Shown piece after piece: positions 28,301 through 39,092 of a DNA stretch of 64,000 nucleotides. The notes below the pieces were generated by a model. It was not told where the DNA came from, made no database searches, and saw only the letters and a program-made list of their open reading frames with translations. Location of the stretch: contig JAOIVE010000001.1 of NCBI GenBank assembly GCA_028223895.1, positions 1,270 to 65,269 of the forward strand. Reading direction: 5' to 3'. Position 1 is the first letter of the stretch; the number at the start of each line of letters is the position of its first letter. This stretch comes from Rickettsiales bacterium (GTDB lineage Bacteria; Pseudomonadota; Alphaproteobacteria; Rickettsiales; UBA6187). Position numbers and translations under genes: made by a program.

Positions 28301-31300
28301 TTAAAATGTAGCTGCCGTCGCGTATCCACGCCCCACCACAGCCGAAAGCTGGTAGATTTTTACATCCACGCTGCTTTGTACTGATCCAAAATCAGTGGTT
28401 TGATCGGCGGCAGAATAGCTGGCAGTTGCGCTAGTTACTTCAATGGTTCGCACTACGGTGCTGCCATCGAAAATATCCACCTCATAGCTTTCCGATTCCT
28501 CGCCCAGCGGAATACCCACACCATCGCGCCATTCACCATCAACACGGCTGCGACGTATCCAGCTAATAGTTAGGTTGCCGGAACCATCACGCACACCTTT
28601 CACATGTACGGGGGCGAAGGGTTTTAAGTTCCGCCCTGTGTAGGTGAAAGCTGCTTCATCGGTATTACCGAGTGAATTACCAACGCTCACTGCCTTGTAG
28701 AATAGCTCGCGCCCGATCAGGTTATTGGCAATGGCTGTGGTGTAAAGCGCAGGAGTGATCAGCACGAAGCGGTCACCCGCCGCGTGGCTACCAATTGCCC
28801 ATTCCGTTCCCTGACGACCGCGTAGAAACTGTGTGAGTTTATACGTGCTTTCACCAATCAGCTCAGCATTTTGGAACTGTACCAACTCATCGCCGATAAG
28901 CGCGGCATTTGCACCATTGAACACCGCTAATTCATTCACCGAAGCCAGCGAGCCGGAGGTTAGAATTACTTCCACCTCGTTCACCGTATCCCATGTTTCA
29001 AATGGGCCAGCAGGCAGGTTGGTAATAATGCTTCCAAATGTTGCCGCACCATCCATGCCAGCTAAAACAGAGAAGCTATTGCCACCGGATTCGCCACCAT
29101 CATCAGAGCGGTAAATTGCCGCGCCATTCCAGTTTGCGCCATCTGCTGCCACACCAATCCTAAGAAAACACTGATTTGAGCTTGTATCGGTCGGTAGTGG
29201 CGGAGCGTCCACAAACTGCACAAGCGTATCCGGTACCAGCACTGGCGGTGTCAGCTTCTTTTGCGTTTCACCAGGCGGGGTGTAAAAGTCGTAAGAGCTG
29301 ATATCCTCGGCTGCTGCGCTAATTTTCATCAGCCCGTTAGCTTCCATATCGGTTTTTACCACCCGCATTTCATGGGCTACGCCGTAAACAGTCACGGTGA
29401 TAACGTCGGTCGGTTCAATCCGCACATATTTCGGCGGTAGCGTTAGCTGAAAGCTATTGCGCTCCTTCCATGCGCTATACAGCGTGATATCGGCGATCTG
29501 CTTGGCCTGCGTTGCACCCATCACAATGGGCAGATTCATGGTGACCTGTTCCACCGCTCGCACCACCTGCCGCTGCGAGGTTTGCGTGACCGGATCATAG
29601 TTAAACGGACGATCGATATAGGTCACATTCACCCGTTGCGGCAACTCCATCTCCTGAGCGCGGACGATTTCCAAAACGTCCTGTACATCCTTTTTCCTGG
29701 ACGGAATCAGGTCATCTTCCGGCACGGCTTTGACAGATTCATTGCCACGCGGTACGCATTTTAAGATGCCGTCGCTTTCCACAATATCGAAGAAAAACGA
29801 TGTGGTGAGAAACTCCAGCGCATTCCGCACTGTGATGGGAGCATCGAGAATAAACCCTTCCACCGTATCGGTCAGACGCGACACATCGTAATCACTGGCC
29901 GAAAGACCAGCCGCTTGCAATAACTCCGCCACAATCGCGCCAAGCGTGGAATTGCCCAGCTTGCCTTGCACCCAATGACCGGTCGCCCACAGGATAGAAT
30001 CCTGCCATACACCTTCTAAATCAGGCCAGAAAGAAAATGGTCGTGCATCCCATGTCCAGATGAAACGGCGTGCAACAAGACCGCTATTGCCAGCTTCCTG
30101 CTCACGCGATTCCAAATAATCCAGTGTAGCATTAAGTGCCTCGCGCTGTGCCTGAAAATCAATTCGCCCCTTTGACCCACGCGGAAAGAAGCTCTCCGAG
30201 CTGGTCGGATCATAAAACACATTGGGTTGGTTGGTGCAGCCATCCACGCTTGGAAAACCAAATTCGGTAAACCAGACAGGCTTCATTTTAGCCGTCCATG
30301 CAGTGGTGTTTGTATCTGGATTAGTATGCGTGTTTTTCCACCAATATTCCAGATTCTTCCATGCATAGGTTGGGTCACCGCCATAGCTGGTTTGCCCTGT
30401 ACGTGCGACTGAATCGGCGAAGTAATAATCCCAGCCTTCGCCTTTTTCCCAATATTCAGCAATCAACTCTTCGGTAATCTGAATCTGCGGTAGATCCGGC
30501 GTTAGCGGGAAATAGCTATCAATCCCCACAAAGTCGATATTGCTGGAAGCCCAGAGCGGATCAAGATTAAACCAGCCTCCCACGCTGTGATATTCGCTCC
30601 AGTCCGCCGCATAGGTAATCTGCGTGCTACCGCCCATAATGCCTTTAACGGTTGCTGCTAGACTTACCAGTTCATTCACCGCCGGATAGCTACCAGACGT
30701 ATCGGTAAAGCCGGTCATACCAATCAACTCAGAACCGATAACAAAAGCATCCGCTTTGTTCTTCACCAGATTGGCATAATGGGTGATGAACGCATTATAG
30801 CCGTTGGTTTTAGTGAACCAGCTTGCAGCATCAGTCGCATTGGCAGGTTCAATCCGTCCGCGCCATGGCTTTGGTATGGGCGTGATGGTATCGACAAACA
30901 CCATTGGATAGAGCATTACATTTAAGCCTCGGCTTTTTAGCTCATCGACGATCTGCACCACCGTATGATCGGAAGGCGTGCCGCCATAAGTTGGTGTTTC
31001 AGGGTCAAATTTCAGCACCACTTCGGCAGAGGCGCGGTTAATGCCAGCCACATTCCAATCAGCAGGCAACACCTGCGTTGTGCCTTGAAATTCCACTTTC
31101 GGGATAATTTCGCATGCACCGGCATCAAGGCTGGTGGCAAACCACGTTACCACTACCGCCACCCATTCCAGATTTGGCAGGGTTTTTTGCATCTGATCAA
31201 TGGCAACCAGCACATCGGCTTCGCCTTCGTAATTATGCATGTTGATATAAGATTTATCGGCTGAAGGAGTAAATCCACCACCGATAAATGAGCCGTCTTG

Positions 31301-32050
31301 CTTGGTTTGTATGTCTGTGCCATAGACCATTTCGCCTGCACCTGGAATCATGATCATATCGGTGATTTTGTCTTCTACGCTTGGGGTAAACTTTACCGAA
31401 CGCCTTACCTCAAAGGTAAAATTGGGAATACGATTGCCATATTCAGCCAGCGGGAAATCCTCAATCACCACATAAGCCATGCCGCGATAAGCTGGAATCG
31501 TGCCAGCCGCCAGATATTTTGCCATGATGTCGTCCACCATCTGGTCTTCTGAACCAAGATGGACATTATATTTACCCTGCGCGCTCGACAGCACATCTTC
31601 GGTCAGCACTTTGCTATCCGCCCATACACGGATCACTTCATCAATTGCTCCTTCACAAATGGCAATTGCCAGCGTCACGAAATATTCGTAGGTCACGGTT
31701 GTCTGGCTGGTCGTGGTTTTGCCACCACCACCGCCTTTACCGCCACCTGATGATGTTTGTGTGCTGGTTTTCTCGGTTTTTACCTCCTTGATATCGGTTG
31801 ACCAGATGACGTTTCCGGCAATACGCATGGTACCGAATATGCGTGGCACTACATTGCCGTAAGTCGAAGTCTGCGCCCGAAGGTCGGCTAGCCGTGGGCC
31901 TTCCTGAGTTGGTAGTTGCACTCGGTGATTTTTCGGAAAGAACGCACCGGCTGCCATACCACCAAGGTTTGCTCCAAGAATCGCACCGCTAGGACCGCCC
32001 AGCACAAAGCCCACCGCGCCTCCGACTACGGGTAAAACAATATCAGCCAT
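28301..32050 (-). CDS. GTA-type baseplate/host-specificity protein with TIM-barrel domain
   Basis: EGPRLADL, PAYRGMAY, YGGTPSD, TYAADWSEY, WTWDARPF, LRGRQGTE. Confidence 0.92.
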   Translation of the reverse strand: MADIVLPVVGGAVGFVLGGPSGAILGANLGGMAAGAFFPKNHRVQLPTQEGPRLADLRAQTSTYGNVVPRIFGTMRIAGNVIWSTDIKEVKTEKTSTQTSSGGGKGGGGGKTTTSQTTVTYEYFVTLAIAICEGAIDEVIRVWADSKVLTEDVLSSAQGKYNVHLGSEDQMVDDIMAKYLAAGTIPAYRGMAYVVIEDFPLAEYGNRIPNFTFEVRRSVKFTPSVEDKITDMIMIPGAGEMVYGTDIQTKQDGSFIGGGFTPSADKSYINMHNYEGEADVLVAIDQMQKTLPNLEWVAVVVTWFATSLDAGACEIIPKVEFQGTTQVLPADWNVAGINRASAEVVLKFDPETPTYGGTPSDHTVVQIVDELKSRGLNVMLYPMVFVDTITPIPKPWRGRIEPANATDAASWFTKTNGYNAFITHYANLVKNKADAFVIGSELIGMTGFTDTSGSYPAVNELVSLAATVKGIMGGSTQITYAADWSEYHSVGGWFNLDPLWASSNIDFVGIDSYFPLTPDLPQIQITEELIAEYWEKGEGWDYYFADSVARTGQTSYGGDPTYAWKNLEYWWKNTHTNPDTNTTAWTAKMKPVWFTEFGFPSVDGCTNQPNVFYDPTSSESFFPRGSKGRIDFQAQREALNATLDYLESREQEAGNSGLVARRFIWTWDARPFSFWPDLEGVWQDSILWATGHWVQGKLGNSTLGAIVAELLQAAGLSASDYDVSRLTDTVEGFILDAPITVRNALEFLTTSFFFDIVESDGILKCVPRGNESVKAVPEDDLIPSRKKDVQDVLEIVRAQEMELPQRVNVTYIDRPFNYDPVTQTSQRQVVRAVEQVTMNLPIVMGATQAKQIADITLYSAWKERNSFQLTLPPKYVRIEPTDVITVTVYGVAHEMRVVKTDMEANGLMKISAAAEDISSYDFYTPPGETQKKLTPPVLVPDTLVQFVDAPPLPTDTSSNQCFLRIGVAADGANWNGAAIYRSDDGGESGGNSFSVLAGMDGAATFGSIITNLPAGPFETWDTVNEVEVILTSGSLASVNELAVFNGANAALIGDELVQFQNAELIGESTYKLTQFLRGRQGTEWAIGSHAAGDRFVLITPALYTTAIANNLIGRELFYKAVSVGNSLGNTDEAAFTYTGRNLKPFAPVHVKGVRDGSGNLTISWIRRSRVDGEWRDGVGIPLGEESESYEVDIFDGSTVVRTIEVTSATASYSAADQTTDFGSVQSSVDVKIYQLSAVVGRGYATAATF

Positions 32051-32055
32051 AATTG

Positions 32056-32541
32056 TTACTTAATTGATTTGAGTTGTTTCTTTTTAAAGCGGTAAGCATG
32101 GGTCAGCATTTTCACCCATGCCATGGAAAATGGCTGCTCGACCACCATGCCTGCGCTTGAATTACAGTGAATCAGTCCTGGACCACCACCCGGATACTGC
32201 GTGAGCAAGCCAACATGCTGCGGGTCTTTGAAGGTTTTAAATAGCAGGATATCGCCCACCGCCATTTTCTCTATCGGCACTTCGCGCAAATGCTGTTGGA
32301 TGGATTTCACCAGCCGCCCTTGCTCAGGATACATGGAATAATTGGTTTCATCCGCCGCAACGAGCGAATTGCCTTCACCGTCCTGAATACCCAGCTCATC
32401 AATGAGGCCCATAATAAGACCAATGCAATCCACACCACCTGGACCGCGAGTTGATTTTTTTAATCTACCCTGATGGTGATAATGAGTGCCAAGCCACGTT
32501 CTCGCCTGCGCTACAATCTGTTCTGATGTGATATTAGCCAT
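32056..32541 (-). CDS. NlpC/P60 phage cell-wall peptidase
   Basis: ARTWLGTHYHHQG...GVDCIGL...HVG...IH. Confidence 0.9.
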   Translation of the reverse strand: MANITSEQIVAQARTWLGTHYHHQGRLKKSTRGPGGVDCIGLIMGLIDELGIQDGEGNSLVAADETNYSMYPEQGRLVKSIQQHLREVPIEKMAVGDILLFKTFKDPQHVGLLTQYPGGGPGLIHCNSSAGMVVEQPFSMAWVKMLTHAYRFKKKQLKSIK

Positions 32542-33397
32542 TTCTACCTGTCTTATTTAAGGTTCCTGCGGTGGTTAGAAGTTTATCGACACCAGGAACA
32601 TCCGGTTCACCGCGAAAATTAATGATGTTACTGAATTTGCTCTGGCAGGGTTCGCGGGTTTTATCGCAGCCTGCTATGATATCGAACGTGTCACCCACCT
32701 GAATTGATTTACCCATGGGCAGTGCCAGCACTACTTGCGTGGATGCAAATTCCTTCACTTCCATGCGCCGACCATCGTTATTGCCCGATGACCACTGAAC
32801 CTCACCACCTGTGAACCAGCCAGCCGCCTGAGAAAGCGTGCTTGCCTTGAAGGTCTGGTTGTTGATGACTTCTGTGACCGTGGTAGCAACCGTAAAACCA
32901 GCCAACGCCACTTTGCATTTGCTATCGCCTAATATGGCACGGCAGGATGGGGAGAAAACCTGACCGATTGTTTGCGACAGATGCTGCGTCAGCCCACGCA
33001 CCTCCGCCTGAAACATTTGCTGGTTAATGGTGACCTCGCCAAGGCTACCTCGCTTGACCACCATTTTGCCCTGAGTCAGGTCTTCATAATTAACGATGAA
33101 GATCTCAATCTCGGCAAAATCATATAACCCAGCCAGCAATTCTTCCTCGGTAATCTTTGATGGGAAGGTCTGCCCTTCCACATCGAGATTATCCACGCTC
33201 ATATTGGATTTGCTCTCCACCGTGGTGGGCGTGAATCCTGCAATGGAATCATAATCCAGACTATCAAAGGTGATCGGCTCGTCATGGTCGGTAAAACCAA
33301 GCTCCATGCCATCGGTACGGATGATTTTCCAGCAGGTGGCAAGAGTGGTTAACCCACTGGCAAAGTGCGCTTCTAATTGTGGGGATATAACCTTCAT
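32534..33397 (-). CDS. DUF2163 baseplate hub protein
   Basis: LGFTDHD, CRAILGD, GCDK...C..KFSN..NFRGEP. Confidence 0.92.
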   Translation of the reverse strand: MKVISPQLEAHFASGLTTLATCWKIIRTDGMELGFTDHDEPITFDSLDYDSIAGFTPTTVESKSNMSVDNLDVEGQTFPSKITEEELLAGLYDFAEIEIFIVNYEDLTQGKMVVKRGSLGEVTINQQMFQAEVRGLTQHLSQTIGQVFSPSCRAILGDSKCKVALAGFTVATTVTEVINNQTFKASTLSQAAGWFTGGEVQWSSGNNDGRRMEVKEFASTQVVLALPMGKSIQVGDTFDIIAGCDKTREPCQSKFSNIINFRGEPDVPGVDKLLTTAGTLNKTGRNG

Positions 33398-33993
33398 ACG
33401 CGCACCTCAATCAATGGAATGCTGCTCCAATTCCCAGCGTCAAAGCTATCCATAGAAATTGACATCTCATCGGTATCAAAGCGCACTGGTACATCAAACT
33501 CAAAATCAGCAGAAATAATGTCGCCATCTGCAGGGGCGGTATCAAATGTGACAATGCCTGTGGTCGTATCCACGCTCACGCCGCTACTTTGCAGCACCGC
33601 ACCCACATAAATATCAACCGTACCTGCCACCGGTTTGGTAATATCACGGGAAACGGCAACAGAACCGCTGGAGTAGAGCTTCACCAACTGAAATTCTGTG
33701 GTGCTGTCATCACCCACGCCGATCTGGACGTTTTCAGCCTTATAATCACTCCAATCCTTGAATCGAAAGCCCACCGCCTTTCCACGCCGCGCTCGAAAAA
33801 AGGCAATCAGTGCCGCCCACTGGCTTTCGGTTTTAATGCCAGATGCCACATTATACTTAGCGCGGGATTGGCTCCACTTGCTGTTGCGTTGCTCGTAGCC
33901 CGACACGGTGGCTACCACATCGGTCATAAACATAGGGCCACCGGTTGCACCATAGCTGATATCGGTGGGGAACTGGATTTCTTCAAAACTCAT
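33394..33993 (-). CDS. DUF2460 distal tail protein
   Basis: SGYEQRN..W, FFRARRG..GFRFKDW, FEFDVPVRFD. Confidence 0.92.
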   Translation of the reverse strand: MSFEEIQFPTDISYGATGGPMFMTDVVATVSGYEQRNSKWSQSRAKYNVASGIKTESQWAALIAFFRARRGKAVGFRFKDWSDYKAENVQIGVGDDSTTEFQLVKLYSSGSVAVSRDITKPVAGTVDIYVGAVLQSSGVSVDTTTGIVTFDTAPADGDIISADFEFDVPVRFDTDEMSISMDSFDAGNWSSIPLIEVRV

Positions 33994-33996
33994 GGT

Positions 33997-34080
33997 TACA
34001 CCTTATATTCTGTAATATTGCTATTTACTTACAGCTTTTATTCTGTTATATTAACTCCTATAAACAGAATATAGGCTGTA
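33997..34080. promoter_or_regulatory. Three 18-bp repeats (TACASCYTWTATTCTGTW), candidate operators
   Basis: 33997-34014 and 34030-34047 direct, 34063-34080 inverted; directly upstream of mobile mystery protein A. Confidence 0.65.
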
Positions 34081-34082
34081 AA

Positions 34083-34532
34083 ATGAGTGATAAACTGAAA
34101 CACCTGCAAATACAGACGTTAGACCGCCATATCGCGGAAATACGCGTGTGTGACCGTCCAAGTGACGGCTGGATCGCGGCTATCCGTAAATCTTTAGGCA
34201 TGAGCGTGCGCCAGCTGGCAGAACGTATCGGCATCACCCAGCAATCCACCGCAAGGCTGGAAACCAACGAGACTGACGATTCCATCACCCTGAAATCACT
34301 TCGCAAAGCTGCCGAGGCACTCGATTGCCGCGTGGTTTATGCATTAATTCCCAATGAAGGCAGCTTGGAAGTCACCATCAGGAAACAGGCGATAAAAAAA
34401 GCCAGCGAGCTTGTCAAAGACGTTGACCACACCATGCAACTTGAGGCGCAGGGCGTAGGTAATGTCGATGCCAAAATCAAAGAGCTGGCTGAAGATTTAG
34501 CAAAAAATCCTAACTCAAAATTATGGGACTAG
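34083..34532 (+). CDS. Mobile mystery protein A (XRE HTH)
   Basis: PSDGWIAAIRKSLGMS..QLA, ITLKSLRKAAEALDC, HTMQLEAQ. Confidence 0.9.
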   Translation: MSDKLKHLQIQTLDRHIAEIRVCDRPSDGWIAAIRKSLGMSVRQLAERIGITQQSTARLETNETDDSITLKSLRKAAEALDCRVVYALIPNEGSLEVTIRKQAIKKASELVKDVDHTMQLEAQGVGNVDAKIKELAEDLAKNPNSKLWD

Positions 34533-34533
34533 G

Positions 34534-35127
34534 GTGGTGCAATATCACTACATAGAGGGTCAAACCCCGCTGGATGAAGACGAAAAGCGCGATCTGATTC
34601 CCAGCATTGTAAGCCGTGAAGATCTTGATGCTTTCGAGCAGGAAAACATCCTTGAGGCTCGCAAATGGGTCATGCAAAAATCCGTTCTCTCCAAGCAGGA
34701 CATCTTCACTGAAAAATTTATCCTGAACCTGCACAAACGCATGTACGGCCATGTGTGGAAATGGGCTGGCACATACCGCAAAACCAACAAAAATATCGGT
34801 GTGGAAGCTTACCTGATTCCTACCGAACTTCACCAATTGCTAGGCGATGCCAAATACTGGCTGGAGCATAAAACATACTCCATCACTGATCTGGCCATCA
34901 TATTCCACCACCGCTTAGTGAAGATTCACCTGTTCCCCAACGGTAACGGCAGGCACGCCCGTTTATGTGCCGATGTTATCGCCCTCAAATATGGTGGCGA
35001 AAAACTATCGTGGGGCGGCAATTCCGATCTCACCAAACCCGATGAAATCCGCAAACGCTACATCGCCGCGCTGCGCGAGGCGGATGCTGGTGATTACGAG
35101 CCGTTGTTAGCGTTTGCTAAGTCATAG
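34534..35127 (+). CDS. Mobile mystery protein B (Fic domain)
   Basis: GQTPLD, VWKWAGTYR, IHLFPNGNGRHAR. Confidence 0.92.
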   Translation: MVQYHYIEGQTPLDEDEKRDLIPSIVSREDLDAFEQENILEARKWVMQKSVLSKQDIFTEKFILNLHKRMYGHVWKWAGTYRKTNKNIGVEAYLIPTELHQLLGDAKYWLEHKTYSITDLAIIFHHRLVKIHLFPNGNGRHARLCADVIALKYGGEKLSWGGNSDLTKPDEIRKRYIAALREADAGDYEPLLAFAKS

Positions 35128-35129
35128 AT

Positions 35130-35738
35130 TTACAAAATATTTAGCAGTCTTTGAGTTATTTCGGACATTGCCATAAATAATACGGTGCAGAATACGATAC
35201 CTACCACAACACCTATAATCGCTAGAGCACCATCTTTTTCTAGCATTCCAAGTCCTATCAGAAAAATAGCCAATGCAGGAACAAAGTTAGTGAATGGAAA
35301 CGGTATTAATATCACTAAACAAAACACAACAATAACCCAACCCATCAACTTTAATGCGGTAGATGAACTTAAAATAACAAGGCGTGGTTTGATATAGGGT
35401 TCTATTTTTTCCAGATAAGGGCTTACAACACCTAAAGCCTTAAGGAGTGTTGCCTTTTTTATTTCTTTTTTAGCAATGAATTTAGGCAGCTTTGGTTTGT
35501 CTATGCCAAGTGCCATCTGAAATGAAAAAATAATCATCAGTAATCCGGTAAGAGCGGAAATGCCAAGCACTCCCGACACTGGTATAGCGTTAGGCAATGT
35601 AAGCAGAACGAGTAAAATACCGTATGTACGTGTACCAAGTTGCTCGATAAGAGCACTAAACGACACCTTATCTCCTTCCAGCGCATTAATTGCATCATCC
35701 AACACTTTAGATAATCTGCGTGGAGGATTATTTTGCAC
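35130..35738 (-). CDS. ExoD-family membrane protein
   Basis: LLTLPNAIP, IPFPFTNFVPA, LEKDG. Confidence 0.85.
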   Translation of the reverse strand: MQNNPPRRLSKVLDDAINALEGDKVSFSALIEQLGTRTYGILLVLLTLPNAIPVSGVLGISALTGLLMIIFSFQMALGIDKPKLPKFIAKKEIKKATLLKALGVVSPYLEKIEPYIKPRLVILSSSTALKLMGWVIVVFCLVILIPFPFTNFVPALAIFLIGLGMLEKDGALAIIGVVVGIVFCTVLFMAMSEITQRLLNIL

Positions 35739-36438
35739 GTCTTTTCCTAACTATCATATTCATAACCTCCACACCTAGTGAAAAGGCCATGCCAAAGTAT
35801 ATATAGCCCTTAGGCACATGGAAACCCAACCCTTCCGCAACTAAGAATACCCCAATCATCATAACAAACGATAGAGCCAACATTTTTAAGGTTGGGTGAG
35901 TGGCAATAAAATCCGCAATATAACCTGATGACGCTAACATAACACCCATTGCAATTGTCATTGCTGCAATAATTACATAAATATGCTCGGTAATACCAAC
36001 GGCAGTTATGACAGAATCAAATGAGAAAATCATATCAAGTATGACTATCTGGATGATGGTACCAATAAATCCTCCACGAAATTTTTCGTACGCCGTTTTT
36101 CTATCGCCGGTCATTTCATCATGGATACTGTTTGTTGCTTTATGTAACAAAAACAACCCGCCGCCGAGCATCATAAAATCTTTTCCGGAAAATTCAAAAT
36201 CAAACAATTGAATCCATGGTTCTTTCAAAGAAATAATCCATACAATACCAAACAGCATAGCTATTCTGAATAAAAGTGCGAGGATAAGACCAATTACTCT
36301 TGCTCTTTCTTGCTGCTGCTTCGGCAAATGACCGACTACCAGAGCAATAAATACAACGTTATCAATCCCCAGCACAATTTCCAGTGCTGTTAGAGAAAGA
36401 AAGCTTGCCCAAAGGTGGTAATCAGTTAGTAATTCCAT
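35728..36438 (-). CDS. TerC-family membrane protein
   Basis: LEIVLGIDNVVFI, DMIFSFDSVITAVG, PKGYIYF. Confidence 0.92.
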   Translation of the reverse strand: MELLTDYHLWASFLSLTALEIVLGIDNVVFIALVVGHLPKQQQERARVIGLILALLFRIAMLFGIVWIISLKEPWIQLFDFEFSGKDFMMLGGGLFLLHKATNSIHDEMTGDRKTAYEKFRGGFIGTIIQIVILDMIFSFDSVITAVGITEHIYVIIAAMTIAMGVMLASSGYIADFIATHPTLKMLALSFVMMIGVFLVAEGLGFHVPKGYIYFGMAFSLGVEVMNMIVRKRRAK

Positions 36439-36590
36439 AGTTTTTCCAAGTGAGTATTTGACTTATGAACTTACTCTAACCATAGAAAAAGTCTACTCTT
36501 CCTTATGAATTTACAGGAATAATTCTATTGTAGTTGTTTGAGGCTGTGCCATAATAATCGCTATCTGTAGTTACTAAAATAAAACAACTG

Positions 36591-37355
36591 GTGCTTGTGT
36601 CTGATTTCTTTCTTTTTATATGCGTTGGTTTTGCGGCGCAACTTGTGGATGGCTCTATCGGTATGGCTTATGGCTTGATTGGCACATCAACACTTTTCTC
36701 AATGGGCATTCCGCCAGCCACGGCCAGCGCAAGCGTTCATGCCGCAGAAGTGTTCACCACCGCCGCCTCAGGAATATCACACTGGCGATTTAAGAATATT
36801 GATTTTAAATTGGTAAAACGCCTTGCTCCGGCTGGTATGCTTGGCGGGTTTATTGGGGCTTATATACTTGCCACCCACGCTAATATTTTACTTAATTTTC
36901 TTATAGCCTGCTATCTTCTTGTAATGGGAGCTATTGTCTTGCTTCGTGGTATGCGTAAATTCTCGGAGTCGAGGAAGCCTCCTCAACACATCCCATTATT
37001 AGGGTTCTTTGGTGGAATGTTTGACGCTATTGGCGGCGGCGGGTGGGGGCCTATGGTAAACAGTAATCTAATGGGGCAAGGCACTAATCCACGCATAGCT
37101 ATTGGCACTACAAGTCTTTCAGAGTTTTTTGTTACTGCTACTATTTCCTGTACATTCTTGCTTACCATTGGGCTGGAGCTATGGCCTATCATCACCGGCC
37201 TTATTATTGGCGGGGTTATCGCAGCTACCATTGCCGCTTATGCTGCCAAACGCTTACCAGTAAGGGTGCTTATGATTATTGTTGGAATTGTTATTATAAT
37301 ACTGAGCGCACGAACCATGCTAACAACTGGGCTCAATATATTTCAGTCATTATAA
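36591..37355 (+). CDS. TauE/SafE sulfite-exporter family protein
   Basis: AQLVDGSIGMAYG, ASASVH, DAIGGGGWGP. Confidence 0.88.
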   Translation: MLVSDFFLFICVGFAAQLVDGSIGMAYGLIGTSTLFSMGIPPATASASVHAAEVFTTAASGISHWRFKNIDFKLVKRLAPAGMLGGFIGAYILATHANILLNFLIACYLLVMGAIVLLRGMRKFSESRKPPQHIPLLGFFGGMFDAIGGGGWGPMVNSNLMGQGTNPRIAIGTTSLSEFFVTATISCTFLLTIGLELWPIITGLIIGGVIAATIAAYAAKRLPVRVLMIIVGIVIIILSARTMLTTGLNIFQSL

Positions 37356-39092
37356 ATTCCTCTTTGCTCGATCAATTGAACGCGCCATATCTGCCGCAAT
37401 CTGACTCTGACTTTGATTAAAGCTACGCACATCTGGTGTTTGGATGTTCATATTAACGGTAACGGGTGCTGCGCCCGTGCCATTTGGCATGATGTTAAGC
37501 GGAGAGCTACCAGCAAATGCCAGTTCAGGCCCACGTTCACCCACCACGCCGAATTGACCAGGTTTCAGTTTTCCACCATCGGCAAAGAATCCGCCGAACA
37601 TGCTTGCTGCGGTTGAAATAAGGCCACCGATTCCTGATCCATCACCGCCGCCACCAAATGCACCACCGAGTGAACTCATTAAACCACCAATCAAGCCGCC
37701 TTGACCACCAATACCTAGATCTTTCATGGCGGTTTTGAGTAGCGTTTGGTTGATATCGGATAGGATGCCTTTTGCTAAATCTTTAAAGCCGGTAAACTTC
37801 CCACCGACTATATCCAGTGAATCCACCAGCTTGCTCTCAATAGAATCGCCAAGGCTTTCAAAATCTTTTTCGATTTGCGATGTCGTTTCTTTGGAATCCT
37901 TCTCCAGCTTTTTATTGGCATTGCCTGCAGGAGAAGTGGTATCTGTTTTTCCTTCAGGTTTCTTGAATAAATCACCAAGCGACTGTGCTTTTTTCGCATT
38001 GGCTTTGACAATCTTATCTGCCGCTGCACCGATTTCAGCATCTATGGCCGCATTAAACTCACGCGCTTCTGCCAGTGCCTTATCGAAGGCATTGCCCATC
38101 GCATCAAGCAAGCCGGTTTCCAGCGCAGCGCGGGTATTCTCAAATGATACACCGCCCAGCGGATTTTCAATAAATGCAGCAAGGTCTTTGCCTAACGCTT
38201 CAAAACGAGCGGAAATGGCATCGCCGAACGCATTAAATGCATCGCCGACACCTTCAAACACCGCAATAAATAGCCGCCCGAATTTTATCACCTCAGCAAT
38301 GATGGCTTTAAATCCCAGCTTAAACGGCTCAATAGAGTTGGTTATTTTCTCTGCCAACCATTTTATAGAATTTGCAATGCCTGTTAATATGTCTGTTAGT
38401 CCGGCATCACCAATGGCTTTGACCAATTTGGAAAACGCATCCCCCATATTGGACAGAGCTACATTTAAGGTCTTGGATTGCTCCTGCATCGCTCCGGCAA
38501 ACTGCACATTGCCGATGCTTTGCAAGTAGGCTTCAATTTCAGCTGCGTTTTTGCCAACGGTGGTGCTGATGCCCTGAAAAGTAAAAGTCACCTGATCGCC
38601 CTGGCTTTTGGATTTAATACCAAACTCCTTCAAGCGTTCAAACTCACCTGTGGCAGCATCTGCAACCGCTTCAATCATCTGATTCAGGCTTTTTCCCATC
38701 GCCGTGGCGGTATTGCCGTAGGATGTTAATGCCTCAGCAGATGGCGTTAGCCCCAATGCTTTCAATTTGATAAAAGCATCAGTGACTTCCTCCAACTGAA
38801 AAGGCGTGGTCGCAGCAAAATCCTGAATAAAGCCAAATGCAACGGCAGCTTTTTCAGCAGAGCCGGTGATGGTACGCAAACTGGCTTCCAGCTTCTCAAA
38901 CTTGGTAATCGTATCCACCACCTGCCTGCCAACAAAGGCAGTGGCCATCAGGCCACCAATACGCTGCAATCCACGTCCCATTTTGCTAAAACGCCGATCC
39001 ATATTATCAACGCCCTGATTAATCTGGGCGAAGGCTTTCTGCGTTTTATTAACGGCGCGAACGGTAAATTTTGCTTCAGCGAATCTTGCCAT
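37350..39092 (-). CDS. Tape measure protein
   Basis: FAATTPFQL, EAVADAATGEFERLKEFG, FADGG..VGERGPE. Confidence 0.92.
   Translation of the reverse strand: MARFAEAKFTVRAVNKTQKAFAQINQGVDNMDRRFSKMGRGLQRIGGLMATAFVGRQVVDTITKFEKLEASLRTITGSAEKAAVAFGFIQDFAATTPFQLEEVTDAFIKLKALGLTPSAEALTSYGNTATAMGKSLNQMIEAVADAATGEFERLKEFGIKSKSQGDQVTFTFQGISTTVGKNAAEIEAYLQSIGNVQFAGAMQEQSKTLNVALSNMGDAFSKLVKAIGDAGLTDILTGIANSIKWLAEKITNSIEPFKLGFKAIIAEVIKFGRLFIAVFEGVGDAFNAFGDAISARFEALGKDLAAFIENPLGGVSFENTRAALETGLLDAMGNAFDKALAEAREFNAAIDAEIGAAADKIVKANAKKAQSLGDLFKKPEGKTDTTSPAGNANKKLEKDSKETTSQIEKDFESLGDSIESKLVDSLDIVGGKFTGFKDLAKGILSDINQTLLKTAMKDLGIGGQGGLIGGLMSSLGGAFGGGGDGSGIGGLISTAASMFGGFFADGGKLKPGQFGVVGERGPELAFAGSSPLNIMPNGTGAAPVTVNMNIQTPDVRSFNQSQSQIAADMARSIDRAKRNL

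Noticed and set aside
37726-38529. 267-aa plus-strand ORF and similar antisense ORFs (4744-5289, 15169-15840, 49564-49983)
   Set aside because: Shadow frames opposite well-supported genes, with no recognisable motifs
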